Assembly (NCBI GenBank): GCA_946965045.2 | Contig: OX337228.1 | Span: forward strand, 6,448,001-6,512,000 | Direction: 5' to 3' | Source: Epithemia pelagica | Lineage: Eukaryota > Protista > Bacillariophyta | DNA: 64,000 bases | Shown: one piece after another, positions 1-10,559 of the stretch | How the letters are laid out: every line of letters starts with the position of its first letter | Numbering within the stretch: position 1 is the first letter of the stretch | The notes under the pieces: model-generated | Told to the model about the DNA's origin: nothing | What the model saw: only the letters and a program-made list of their open reading frames with translations | Databases searched by the model: none | Program-made: the position numbers and the translations under genes

Positions 1-253
1 CTTTGTCCGGTTTGGGGATGGAACCGTGGACTATTGTCTATGTGCACGGGCGGCCCAGGCTTGTCACGAGTTGCAAGAGAAGGGGATGCAACAAGACAAA
101 GATGATGGCGATGATGATCCTGGTCGATTGAAACTGTTGGAATTTGCTCTGCATCCGCAACTTTGGGATACAGACTATGTTCTTCAAAGTCAATGGATTC
201 GTCCATCCACAACGACGACAGCATTGGTCGAGGGGGACCATGCGTATTCCTAA
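1..253 (+). CDS. 3' end of a gene running in from before the window; product unknown
   Basis: Frame is open from position 2 (FVRFGDGTVDYCLC...) to TAA at 251-253. Confidence 0.45.
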   Translation, partial: FVRFGDGTVDYCLCARAAQACHELQEKGMQQDKDDGDDDPGRLKLLEFALHPQLWDTDYVLQSQWIRPSTTTTALVEGDHAYS

Positions 254-627
254 GTCTAGAATTTTCTACTGTATAGTCTCTTGGTCTTCTCTTTCTTTCA
301 CGAAGACCTACTATGACGCATCGGACAAGGATCCAATCTCCCGCAATTGTTCATTGACAAGATAGAGGAGTCCCAACTCCCAACGTTGACGAATAGAGAT
401 ATAGCGACGGTAGCATATAAAAGCGATTAATATGCGATTTAGCAATGATGAGAGCGATCATGCCCAGGAAGCGACTCATGAGCGATCTAAATGATGCATG
501 GTCTTACCGTCTATCGCCCTACTAAAACGTTTTGGCTCACGGCTCTTTACAACCTCTCCCTCTCTATTTGAACTCTGGATTGACCCGCGAACCTTTTCCC
601 CATTCCTTCCATAGAGTAATCGACACA

Positions 628-1367
628 ATGGCAATGCAAAAAATCAAAAAGATGGGTGGTGTAAGTCCTCTATAATGGTGTTGTTGCGTGGAAGTATCCA
701 TTGTCCCTGTCTCGTCTCTCATGATCGTCTCCCTCCTTCTCTCTCTCTTTTCTTGGTTTGTTTTTGTCTTGTTGTTTGTTCTGGACGAATGACTGTTTGT
801 ACAATCCCTTCTCGTCGTTTTCCTCTGTAGGCCGAACCCGATGACTTTGAAAAGTCGGTGGCTCAAGAACTGTTGAATTTGGAAATGACGAGTCCGGATT
901 TGAAAGCCTCTTTGCGCGATTTGTACATTGTGGGCGCCAAGGAAGTCGAGACGGGCAGTGGTCGCAAGGCGATTGTGATTTACGTCCCCTTCAAATTGCG
1001 TTCGGCCTTTCAAAAGGTTCATCCCCGATTGGTACGAGAAATGGAAAAGAAATTTTCGGGCAAACATGTCTTGTTGCTCGCCCACCGAAATATCTTGGGC
1101 AAGAGCTTTGCGCGATCGACCAAGGGCACCAAGGGACCTCGACCGCGGAGTCGGACCTTGACGGCTGTACAGGATGCCATCTTGGAAGATGTGTGCTTTC
1201 CTACCGAAATTGTTGGCAAGCGAACACGGGTCAAGCTCGATGGCAAGCGAACCATCAAAATTTATCTGGACAGCAAAGATCAAGCCAATGTCGAAGGACG
1301 AGTGGATACCTACGCGGCCGTCTACGGAAAACTCACCAACAAAACAGTCACCTTTTTGTTCCAGTAG
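628..1367 (+). CDS. RPS7: 40S ribosomal protein S7 (eS7), 2 exons: 628-660, 831-1367
   Basis: [11 protein letters not shown]|[18 protein letters not shown]...KAIVIYVP...[15 protein letters not shown]...[16 protein letters not shown]...[15 protein letters not shown]; GTAAGT..TAG intron at 661-830 joins in frame. Confidence 0.97.
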
Positions 1368-2551
1368 ATACTTATAGCTGGAGCAAATCAACAAGCCTAA
1401 CGCAACGCAAAACTCTTTGGATTGTAGGTAGGTTATGCTTGCTGTCGTATGCTTTTTGCGAAGGACTCATGTGGATTGAGCGGAGACAGACCTAAACGTT
1501 GAGCAGTCATCCCGAAGTACAAGACACTCGGACCCACCATATGGTACTTTTCTCTCTAGGTGGGAAGAAGTTATCTTCAATACCAAGCAAATCTACCTCA
1601 CCGACCAGGTGCTTTGTGAAGACCACCCATCGTCTTCTCTTCCAATAAGACACTCTCCAATCCCCAACATCTACTATATAACTCGACATGAAAAGTGTCA
1701 AGGTCGTTCTTGGAAGGAGTGTGGCTTTGAATAGGCAAGGTAAGTGGATACTCCCTTGCCCTTCTTTTGTGGTATCTACCTACCTAGGTAGTCCTACTAG
1801 ATTATCTACCTCATCAGGTACGTAGTCTATCTCTATAGTGAAGTTTTGTCTCAGCCGACACGCGACTCGACGCGACATACAGACAGACACTGAAAGCCGG
1901 GCTTGATGTTTGGTCTTGTTGGGCTTGTATCAGTTGACTATGACTACAAGATCAAGAATAAATCCACAGATAAGCCGATGATGTCCTAATTATTCGCTGT
2001 GTAAGTATTATTGAGAATATAGTGTACACCTATTTTTCCTTACAAGATTCGAGGCACGAATGCGTCCAAGAGACGCTATGTGATTGATGTGCTTTCTATC
2101 ACTGGCATCAGGCTTCTGTATGGAAATGTCCTCTTTGCCCACAACAACAACGGTCCTTCGACCTCCCCAACCATATTCTCCACAGGACTCAACGGCTCTC
2201 ACAAAATAGGCTGTAGAGATTATGGTCGGACAGCGGGAGAGATGCATCGAGCGAGACGACTCCTCGTTGTCGTCGCCTTTTTGTGTATGGGAAAACACTC
2301 CAACATCCCAAAACAACCCTCAAAGAAGAACGTGCCCGTATCTGTTTGCCAGTAGACTTGACATTGCTACTTGCTATCTCCCTTTGGCACTCCTCGTAAC
2401 GATATTTGGTACTCCGAAACGATAGACAATATCTAGAATCTACACTCCCTTTGGTTGGATCTGATCCAGCAGAAATCGTTCCATCTCGATACGAGGGAGG
2501 CTGCTTCACATAAAAAGGCTTGGATTCATTGCATCCGCCAACAAAGACAGA

Positions 2552-3574
2552 ATGCGGCGCAAGCAACAGCAGAATAGCCTATTCTACAGTGCATCCACAC
2601 CAGCAACCACCAAGATAATACAAACACGTTGTCCCTCCTCTCGCAAGCGACCACCACTGATCAAGAATGCTGCTCCAGAACAACAACAACAACCACTACA
2701 CGCACCCGTGGCCATTTTGAGTACCACCGATTCCTTTGAGTTGCTGCACATGAATCCTGTGCACGACAACGACGACGAGGGGACCATAGTGTTACCTTTT
2801 TCCCAGTGGCGAAGACATGGAACCAAGAAGCTGACAAATCCTATTGATGATCGAGAAACCAACGAATCTGTGCCACCCCTTTCCTCCTGTGCATCCTCCT
2901 ACTCGTCTACAGCCTCTTCGTTGGCCTCCACTTCACAATCATCCTGGCACACGCGCTGGTTTGGCTCGAGATCCTCTCGACAACGAAGAAGAAGACGACG
3001 ACAATTCTTGCAACAGTTTCGCCAAGACAGCAGCATCATGGATGGAGCAGAGTCGGCTGTTTCCGACAGTTCCATTACCACGCGTACCACCCGTAATAGT
3101 AATGATGCACAAGGGAGAGATCCTGATCCTAAACAAGGAGGACGAACAGAAACAGGCGAACCATGGCAATCATCCCCACGACGGTCGTGGTGGAATCGTC
3201 GATCTTGCGGGAACAAGAAGCGAAACAGTCATTCGTCGTCTTCTCAATCATGGTCCACTCGCATGGAACAAGATCGCGAGGATGAAAACAAAGGTGAAGG
3301 ACGCATCATGGACCAGAATTGGGACAAGGACCCATTTGTTTCTCTACTTATAATTCCTCAACATGACGACGGCCACGACTATGATTGCTTGTGGACCTGG
3401 ACCGATTCCATGTGCGGAGATTCTCTACATGGCAATGACCAAGATGACATGAATACCATTTGCCCCTTGTACTTACAGCAGCAACAACAAGAGCCTGAAC
3501 GACACAACACCTTGGAAGAACACACGAGCGGAAATATGACTCAGTTGGAGACTCCTTCGACAGTTAATGAGTAA
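2552..3574 (+). CDS. Hypothetical low-complexity protein (340 aa)
   Basis: Long ATG-initiated ORF with Ser/Arg/Gln runs; no recognisable domain. Confidence 0.5.
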   Translation: MRRKQQQNSLFYSASTPATTKIIQTRCPSSRKRPPLIKNAAPEQQQQPLHAPVAILSTTDSFELLHMNPVHDNDDEGTIVLPFSQWRRHGTKKLTNPIDDRETNESVPPLSSCASSYSSTASSLASTSQSSWHTRWFGSRSSRQRRRRRRQFLQQFRQDSSIMDGAESAVSDSSITTRTTRNSNDAQGRDPDPKQGGRTETGEPWQSSPRRSWWNRRSCGNKKRNSHSSSSQSWSTRMEQDREDENKGEGRIMDQNWDKDPFVSLLIIPQHDDGHDYDCLWTWTDSMCGDSLHGNDQDDMNTICPLYLQQQQQEPERHNTLEEHTSGNMTQLETPSTVNE

Positions 3575-3689
3575 GTGATTTTTGACTTTAATGGGAACAG
3601 GACGATATGCCTGAAAATGGCTTAACCGATTCGAAAAATTAACCACCAATTATGACTACTGCTATATGATACTTAGTTAGATGAGATAT

Positions 3690-4514
3690 TCATTCAAGAA
3701 GGCCCTGTTGCATCCGTGCTAGTTCCAGTTCCATTGTTGTGTGTATATTCTGATCCAGCCATTGATCCAACGCATCGCTGTATCCACCAATGGCGTCACT
3801 CATCCACGGTAGTAACGAATTGGCCACTGTTTTGGTCAATGGCCGATCTAATATCTGCCTCCAGGTGAATCGAAACTCCTTGTCCCAAACTGCACCTCTT
3901 GCCGCCGTGAGATGATCCCCACTTTCCCGCCAACGGTATGGTTCCATGTCATCCTCCTCAATCACGGCATCCATAATGATTCCGTTCTTGTCAACGCCAT
4001 GTTTAGCCAGACTCTCCAAAAGCGAATTATTCAAATCTTTGTTTGGTTCCAGGGCAAAGAGACCTGCTTGCAGAATCGATTCCACTTGCCCCCGCTCCAC
4101 ACACTCATCTTTGTTGCTTTCCTCCACCCTTTGATGCAGTGGTGGCGTTCCTCATGGTCCCGCACTTTGCGATCCCATGAGTCTCGGATTTGCCCAGTCG
4201 CTTCATCGGATTTCATGTCCAAGCCGATACCAGTATTCATATCGACTCAAGTGTCTGAGTGATTCGGTGTGCCTCAGTTCGTCCTCGAGTGTCAGTTTTC
4301 TGTTTGCCGATTCAAGGTGTTGATCACCCAAACTGCTTAGCATAGCTTGCATCCTTCGAATATCTTCATCTCTTGCACCAATTTCTTTCTTGTTCTCGAG
4401 TAAAGTTGATTCCATCTCGCGCAGGGTTCTAATGGGACAACGGGAGAGGATGCGTTTGAAACATGCTTGGCATGAGCCACGGCAGTCCATAGTCGAGACC
4501 AATCGGACGAACAT
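3690..4514 (-). pseudogene. Fragmented ORF (Cys-rich remnant plus coiled coil) containing a segment shared with the aspartyl protease gene
   Basis: Protein-like ORFs 4203-4514 and 3690-4127 lie in different frames; 4226-4289 matches 43728-43791 at 56/64 nt. Confidence 0.4.
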
Positions 4515-5060
4515 TCAACTCGGGCACTTGTCGTTCACAATTTTTGATACACGGCATGCACAACGTACACTAGAGGAGCCATTGTGCCAATACACACACG
4601 TTTAGTGTAAGCAAGACCAAGAACAACAGACCATTCGTTTTCCCCGTGTTCCAACGTGCGGTGGCGGTGACATGGATACGGCCAAACGGGTGCGGCTGCT
4701 TTGGGACGACTCGTATCGAACCGCCGCAGTGGGAACCATGGTTGTCACTCGTTTGGGGTACTATGCTGGTTGGATGCAGCATGTCGACGGGTTGGGCACC
4801 AGGAACCGTGGATTCCGAGGAGGAGCAGCATATGGCCGCAGTGTTGTTGTTGTCGTCGTCGTAAATGCCTGTGCGAAAAATGGACTGTTCGAACTCCATA
4901 GACGAGCAATGAGCAATTGAAACAGAACGAACCATTGCGACACTGTCATTATTCTTTTTGTCTTCGAATCGTTGCCGTTCCAAGGATGCGTCGTTCTTGT
5001 TGTGGCCATCGTCGTGGTTGTTCTGGCGGGTGTTGCTGGGATGGACAGGATCCTTTCAAA

Positions 5061-5648
5061 TTAAAACACACGACATGGGTTCCGCATCAATATCCAAGAG
5101 GCTGATGACTGGAGCCCAGAGGCAACACCCACGAGAAATGGCAAGCCATCCTTGAACACCAAACACGAGACTGCCGCTCCTGCCTCCAACACGACGGAAA
5201 ATGCAAACAAGAAGGGCGATGCAGATTTGAACTCTGGATCGAAAAAGGGCAACATTTTGTGGCGCAATCCTTGAGTATTAAAGTAGGGTTCGTGTTCTTC
5301 ATCCTCATTGTCATAGTCTTCTTCTTCTTCTTCGTTTTGTTGTTGCTGTTGTGTCGTCGTCATCGACTTGTTCTTGTTCTTGTTCTTGTCGCCGTCGTCG
5401 TCTTGGTTGTGGTTTCGTAACAGAGGAGCCGTGTCCTCTTGGCTCCGCTGCCCTCGAGGTACGCCCGACGGTTGATTGTTGTGTAGTTGGGCTGTGCTGC
5501 TGCCCTCGACCCTCAACAATGCCCCGAATAAACCGACCCCGCTGCCTCGCACCTCTATGGTCAGATCGCCAAACAACACGAAACGCCAACAACACGCAAC
5601 AATCCAACACGCACAAAAAACAAATACGAACGAAATACGATTGACCAT
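5061..5648 (-). CDS. Hypothetical protein with Q/E/N runs and hydrophobic segments
   Basis: 195-aa ORF with poly-Q/E tracts typical of this genome; gene structure uncertain. Confidence 0.3.
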   Translation of the reverse strand: MVNRISFVFVFCACWIVACCWRFVLFGDLTIEVRGSGVGLFGALLRVEGSSTAQLHNNQPSGVPRGQRSQEDTAPLLRNHNQDDDGDKNKNKNKSMTTTQQQQQNEEEEEDYDNEDEEHEPYFNTQGLRHKMLPFFDPEFKSASPFLFAFSVVLEAGAAVSCLVFKDGLPFLVGVASGLQSSASWILMRNPCRVF

Positions 5649-5682
5649 GATGATGTGTGATTGTGATTACTGTTACGAAAAG

Positions 5683-6429
5683 ATGATCAGCTCCGAATGG
5701 GCTCAGTTAGTTGCTCCTTTTGTGACTCTCATACTGTGTTACGGTGTCGCTCATGTCCTCGATGAGGCGAAACTTATCGTCCAACACCTGTTTCGGGTCA
5801 TTTTCAACAAGAAAAGTCGTACTACAGGTAGCGAACACGCGGAGCTTCGACACGAACATGCGGAGCTTCGACAGCTTCGACACGACAAAGCTCAGCTTCA
5901 ACAACAGCTGGCCATTGCCGAAGCAAAGCTTGCTGCGAAGAACTGCAAGAATGGTCGCCACGAGGATGGAGAGATCGAGATTCGCGATCACGAGGAGGAG
6001 GTCGACGTCGACACTATTGCTGTTCTGCCTTGCGAGTTCGACGCTGACTTGGACTTCCCTCCTCTCGCACTCGCAGACGATCTCGAGGACGACGAGGAGA
6101 GCCCTCCAGTTCCAGTCGACCGTCATCAGCCTGAGCCCGAACCCGCGCTCCCTGACGACGACGAGATCACTTTGGGGCACGACTCACCCCCTCGAAACTC
6201 TGCCCCTTCTTCCGTTGTCGCCACCCATCCCCCCACCCCCACCCGAAAAGATACCTCGCCTCATATGGATGAGAATGCCCCCCAAAGCGTGATCGAGAGT
6301 TCCGCCGGCCCCGAGAACACCCCGCGTTTGGGCAGAATCCTTACTGTTGCCTACTCCAAAAAGGTACACGGAATGGTGCACGTTCGACGATCCGCTCGTC
6401 TTTTGTCCGCGGGTACGGGTAAAAAATAA
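5683..6429 (+). CDS. Hypothetical protein: N-terminal hydrophobic helix, coiled coil, acidic/Pro linker, C-terminal RRSARL motif; possibly element-borne
   Basis: Intronless ORF from ATG 5683 ending VRRSARLLSAGTGKK*, followed by an A-rich run; lacks the host-type poly-Q/T/N runs. Confidence 0.5.
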   Translation: MISSEWAQLVAPFVTLILCYGVAHVLDEAKLIVQHLFRVIFNKKSRTTGSEHAELRHEHAELRQLRHDKAQLQQQLAIAEAKLAAKNCKNGRHEDGEIEIRDHEEEVDVDTIAVLPCEFDADLDFPPLALADDLEDDEESPPVPVDRHQPEPEPALPDDDEITLGHDSPPRNSAPSSVVATHPPTPTRKDTSPHMDENAPQSVIESSAGPENTPRLGRILTVAYSKKVHGMVHVRRSARLLSAGTGKK

Positions 6430-6610
6430 AAAAACAGAAATATAACATGTCGGCTGTCGGTTGCCAGTGGTACGTTCGCACGTTCGTGTCGGTTATGAAT
6501 CTTTCCATACTCTCACTCTACCCCTTCTTCTGTTTCTAGCGATTGCAAAATTCTACTCCTACTCCTACATCAGCTGAGTCTAGCTCGAGTCCTTGTCGGA
6601 GATGTCCTTG

Positions 6611-6784
6611 TTGGTTTGTTGGTTTGTTGGTTTGTTGGTTTGTTGGTTTGTTGGTTTGTTGGTTTGTTGGTTTGTTGGTTTGTTGGTTTGTTGGTTTGTT
6701 GGTTTGTTGGTGTGTTGGTGTGTTGGTGTGTTGGTGTGTTGGTGTGTTGGTGTGTTGGTTGTCGGTGTGTTGGTTGTCGGTGTT
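6611..6784. repeat. Compound 8-mer microsatellite: 12x TTGGTTTG, 6x TTGGTGTG, 2x TTGGTTGTCGGTGT(G/T)
   Basis: Counted directly from the sequence. Confidence 0.95.
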
Positions 6785-6785
6785 A

Positions 6786-7124
6786 TCACAAAACCCTGGT
6801 GGCACGAGGACTTTGTCCTTGTGTCACCAGGTATGGCATGGAGACTTCGGTCTCTGTGCCATCTTGGAAGAGTGCCATAGTTGCCCCTGGAGAATCCATT
6901 GATTCCTCCGGGCTTCCTAATTTTCACAAAACCCTGGTGGCACGAGGACTTTGTCCTTGTGGCACCAGGTATGGCATGGAGACTTCGGTCTCTGTGTCAT
7001 CACAAAACCCTGGTGGCACGAGGACTTTGTCCTTGTGTCATCAGGTATCGCATGGAGACTTCGGTCTCTGTGCCATTGGGGAAGAGTGCCATAGTTGCCC
7101 CTGGAGAATCCATTGATTCCTCCG
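6786..7124 (+). repeat. Three tandem copies of a 76-bp double-hairpin unit; copies 1 and 3 extend by about 48 bp with a third hairpin
   Basis: Units start at 6787, 6925 and 7001: CCTGGTGGCACGAGGAC-TTT-GTCCTTGTGTCACCAGG and TGGCATGGAGAC-TTCG-GTCTCTGTGCCA. Confidence 0.95.
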
Positions 7125-7329
7125 CTTCCCTACCTGCTGTATTTAAGTGTTGGGTTGATCAATAACAAGGGGATTAGTTTTTCGGCTCAAATGTTTCTAT
7201 ATAACATGTAGTGGTAACAATAGCAAGTGGAACATTTGAACATGCACGACAACATTGCTGACTAGCGATTCCTAGGTGTAGTTGACAATCAGAGAGGATG
7301 AATGGTAATTGCTGTTTAAGTGGCTGAAG

Positions 7330-7969
7330 CTACTTCATGTGCTTCTTTGTGAGCTTTCTTGCCTTCCCTACACCAGCGCGACCCTTCTTTTTCCGGAATC
7401 TTGATGGTCCAAGTCCATCATCACATTCGTAGTCGAGAGCCGTTTCTCCCTTGGCATACTGTCCCTTTCTTATCTTTCTCCCTTTTTCAACACCACCACC
7501 CTCAACTACGCTCTTTAGCACCTTCATACTTCATTCTGCGAAAGCTTCTTTCCAGTTGCACTCTCGTATTTTGTTTTCTTAACATCTTTTTGCGCTCTGG
7601 TTCATCCTCTCTCATTTTGTCAAATCGCCCCATGGATACTGTTGATCGTGGAGTGGCCAAGAGAGCAGAAACAGTGGAATCCTTGCCACGCTTCATGGAT
7701 GATATCGGTCCACTCTTTTTTGTCGCCTGCAAGTCTACTGGGACGCCAGGTATGTTGACGCTCGAAACATTGTCACGATCCATGTTTCCACCGGCCTTAC
7801 CAGCCTTTCTCGATTGGATATTTGATTTCATAGAGCGAGAAGTGGTGCCCTTTGCCAAGACTCCCGCACGTTCCTGATTGGGCATACGTTGTTCTGTGTT
7901 TTTCTCCATTCGGGCACGCTTCGCTTCGTGACCATGGAATCGATGCTCGAATCCACCGCATAGCGACAA
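7330..7969 (-). pseudogene. Basic (K/R-rich) protein ORF broken by a frameshift at about 7522-7534
   Basis: ORFs 7502-7969 and 7330-7527 join (…FRRMK|VLKSVVEGG…) if the duplicated ATGAAG(T) is removed. Confidence 0.4.
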
Positions 7970-9477
7970 TTTTGTCAGCCTCCTGCTGCTGCTTGTTCTT
8001 GGTGGGCTTTTGCTGATAGTCCTTCATGGGGGCCTCCCACCAGGAATCCTCCTGCTCTTCGTGCAGGTTCCTTCTACCACGGGCCTTTTTGGTTTGTTGT
8101 TCTTGGGCTCGTAGGGCTTGTTGTTGGTGGCGTCGTTGCCGGTACCGTTGCAGATCGACCATGCGCAAAAACATGTACGATTGTTCTTGGATCAAGTGGC
8201 ACGTTTCGTCAAAGGACTTGTCCGCAGTGGCAATGCCATTGACGGCCACGACAATGTCGCCAGGGTTGCGAAAGACGCGACAGGCTTGACTGGGATTGAT
8301 CTGACCCGGCGCTTCGCAAAAGGTGGTGTAGGCAAAAATTCGGCTGCTTCCGTTGTGCGTCCTCGTGTGGTTCGGCCAATAAGAGAGGGGGTTCCTGGGA
8401 CCGTCCAAAGGCAGTACTGCTGCTGCGTTGTCGACAGGAAGGTGGTGGAAAGGTGGTATGCCGAACATACAATTGGGCTTGGTGGAGGACATTAGGGATT
8501 ATGACATCGTAATATTCCACCGCCGTATTGTCCAAGACGCGGTGATAGTCCTCGCACAAGCCATGAAAGTGATGGAGTGGCGATTCGTCGTCTTCCTGGT
8601 TGTTGTTGTGGTTGTTTTCTGTCGAAAAACTGGAGCGTCGTTTGCGTTGCGAGACACGTTCGCCAATCGAGGCGGAATCCATCGAACAGGTGGATGCAGT
8701 GGAGGAGTACGACGAGGATAACACCCACGACGAGGACTTGCTCTTGCTTCGTTGGACAGTCTTGGTACGAGCCGCAGCCACCGTCGTGGATGGTAAGAGC
8801 GGTGGCAAAAAGGGATTTTCGTGACCAATCACATGAATGGAGGAGGATCTTGGTCCTCGTCATCGCCATGGAAGCCGTCGTCGTAGTCACTCATCTTGGT
8901 TTCTTCTACTCTTCTGAGCCGTTGTTGAGACAACTTGGAGGAAGTTTGATGGAGTCCTGACGGTGGAACTGGAGGAGGCGATCCAAACCGCAAATTCTTC
9001 CCCTTTAAGTAAACAAAACAGGGCCCCTCTTCAACCAAAGATTCTTGCTCCGATCGATGAAACGGGTTATGGTTCGCCTATTGTTTGGGATACTGAAGGA
9101 AATGGGATAGCACTGGACAAGATAACGATCACGTTGATGGAACGGACGATTAGGAACAGGGCTGGTCAGTTCAATACAAAGGTGAACCACGGCAGCAGCA
9201 TCCTTTGTGTGCGTTCCCCTACAGATTGCCTGCTTCTTGTTGTGGTCGTTGTCGTTGTCCTCTCTGTGACAGTGTGGTCGGTACCATTGTCCTGTGCCAC
9301 TGCATCTTTTGAATCCATTGCGGTCCACCACGACATGTGACAAGTTCCAGTGGACGACGAGGATAATGAGGAGGCGTCATGACCCATCAGTACTGACCAT
9401 AATCGTGTTTCCAACGTCGATTGATGTTGCTGTAAAAAGTCGATACAGTCCATTGTCGAACTAGTAGTGGGATCCAT
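7797..9477 (-). pseudogene. PDZ-like domain gene with frameshifts and a probable intron at 8470-8344
   Basis: PGDIVVAVNGIATADKSFDETCHLI is PDZ-like; GTATGT..CAG splice gives YDVIIPNVLHQAQ|FRIFAY in frame; -1 break at about 8833 (TTC ATG TGA vs …HVIGHEN); upstream pieces in several frames. Confidence 0.45.
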
Positions 9478-9554
9478 GAGCGAGCAAAAGGTAAAGACGA
9501 TGGGACACTCTTGGCTTTTGGAGGGCTCTGGAGTGAGGATGATCCTAGTTCGTC

Positions 9555-10154
9555 TTATGCAGTTGCGATGGGCGGTGCGTCATTTTCGTCAATCGAGGAT
9601 TCCTCCTTTTGCCGATCCAAACCAGTAGATTCTGTTGCTGTCGATAGGGGTGTTGTTTCATCCTCTGGTGGTTGCGATTCATCCTGTTGTGTATGCAAGT
9701 TGGAAGATTCTATTACAATCAGTGGAGGTGTTGAATGATCCTCTATCTGTTTTGATTCCTCCTGCTGCACATCCAAGTCGGTAGATTCTATTGCTGTCGA
9801 TGGTGGTGTTATACCGTCAACAGAGGGGGGAGGTTGAGCGTTCTGGGTATCCAAGTGAGAAGATTCCATTGTCGAGGACGGGAGAGGAGTTGCATCGTCG
9901 TCCCCTATTCTGTGCAATTTCTTGCTTTCTGCAGTTGTGTCAGATAATTCTATTGTCGTCGACGGAGGCGGCGCATCGTCCTCGGTTCTTTGTAATTCCT
10001 CGTTTGGAGCTTTCACAGTGGTCGATTCTAGTGTCGTTGCAGCAGGTGTTGCGTCGTCCTCCGCTCGTTGTGATTCTTGCTCTGTAACGTCCAGGGATTC
10101 TGGAGGCGTTGATTCACCCTTCGTTAGATTGGATGCTTCTATTGGTGCATCCAA
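9555..10154 (-). pseudogene. Acidic repeat ORF with about 7 imperfect 27-28 aa repeats (EDDATPxxTxIESxxL…); no ATG, in-frame TAA just upstream
   Basis: Repeats visible in the translation; the repeat pattern continues upstream across a stop (…QSEAQE*NLPPSTTKES…). Confidence 0.45.
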
Positions 10155-10559
10155 GTCGATCGATTCCTTGGTCGTCGAAGGAGGTAAATTTTACTCCTGT
10201 GCCTCACTTTGTCCATCCGAGTCGGTTGGTTGTCATCCCACAGGCACGGGAGATGGAGCGACAAGCTTTTAGATGGTTTGTTGACGCCATGACCACAAAC
10301 AAGAAGGATTCGTCATCACAGTGTCTCGTAACGAATCATTGTTGCATAATAACCAAAAGAGGTTTTTGGCATCGTCTTCGGGTCGTCGATTGACCGAAGC
10401 AGAATGTCGCGAAACGGGACGTGTGGTGACTGTGGAACTCTATGGTCTCCAAAATACCATGGGGAGTCAATTTTTAATCACCACCACCACCAGTGGACCC
10501 GACAAAGCCTTGGATGGCTATAGCCCGATGGTCCCAGAGGACGATGGAACGAACTCTGC

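Larger units (their letters stand above)
6451..7198. mobile_element. Putative non-autonomous element (microsatellite plus tandem hairpin units), unclassified
   Basis: Flanked by the identical 11-mer ATATAACATGT at 6440-6450 and 7199-7209 (possible TSD); no TIR found. Confidence 0.45.

Noticed and set aside
6786-7124. Self-cleaving ribozyme (hammerhead, hairpin or HDV-like) in the hairpin units
   Set aside because: CTGATGA occurs in only one unit (minus strand) with no GAAA partner. TACCTGGT, TCCTCGT and GGGCAAC are present but not in the required order or pairing context.
6611-7124. CRISPR array
   Set aside because: Eukaryotic context, no unique spacers between units, no cas genes.
6536-7165. 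ORFs such as LVCWFVGL and PTNQQTNK repeats
   Set aside because: Stop-free readings of the 8-mer microsatellite in several frames.
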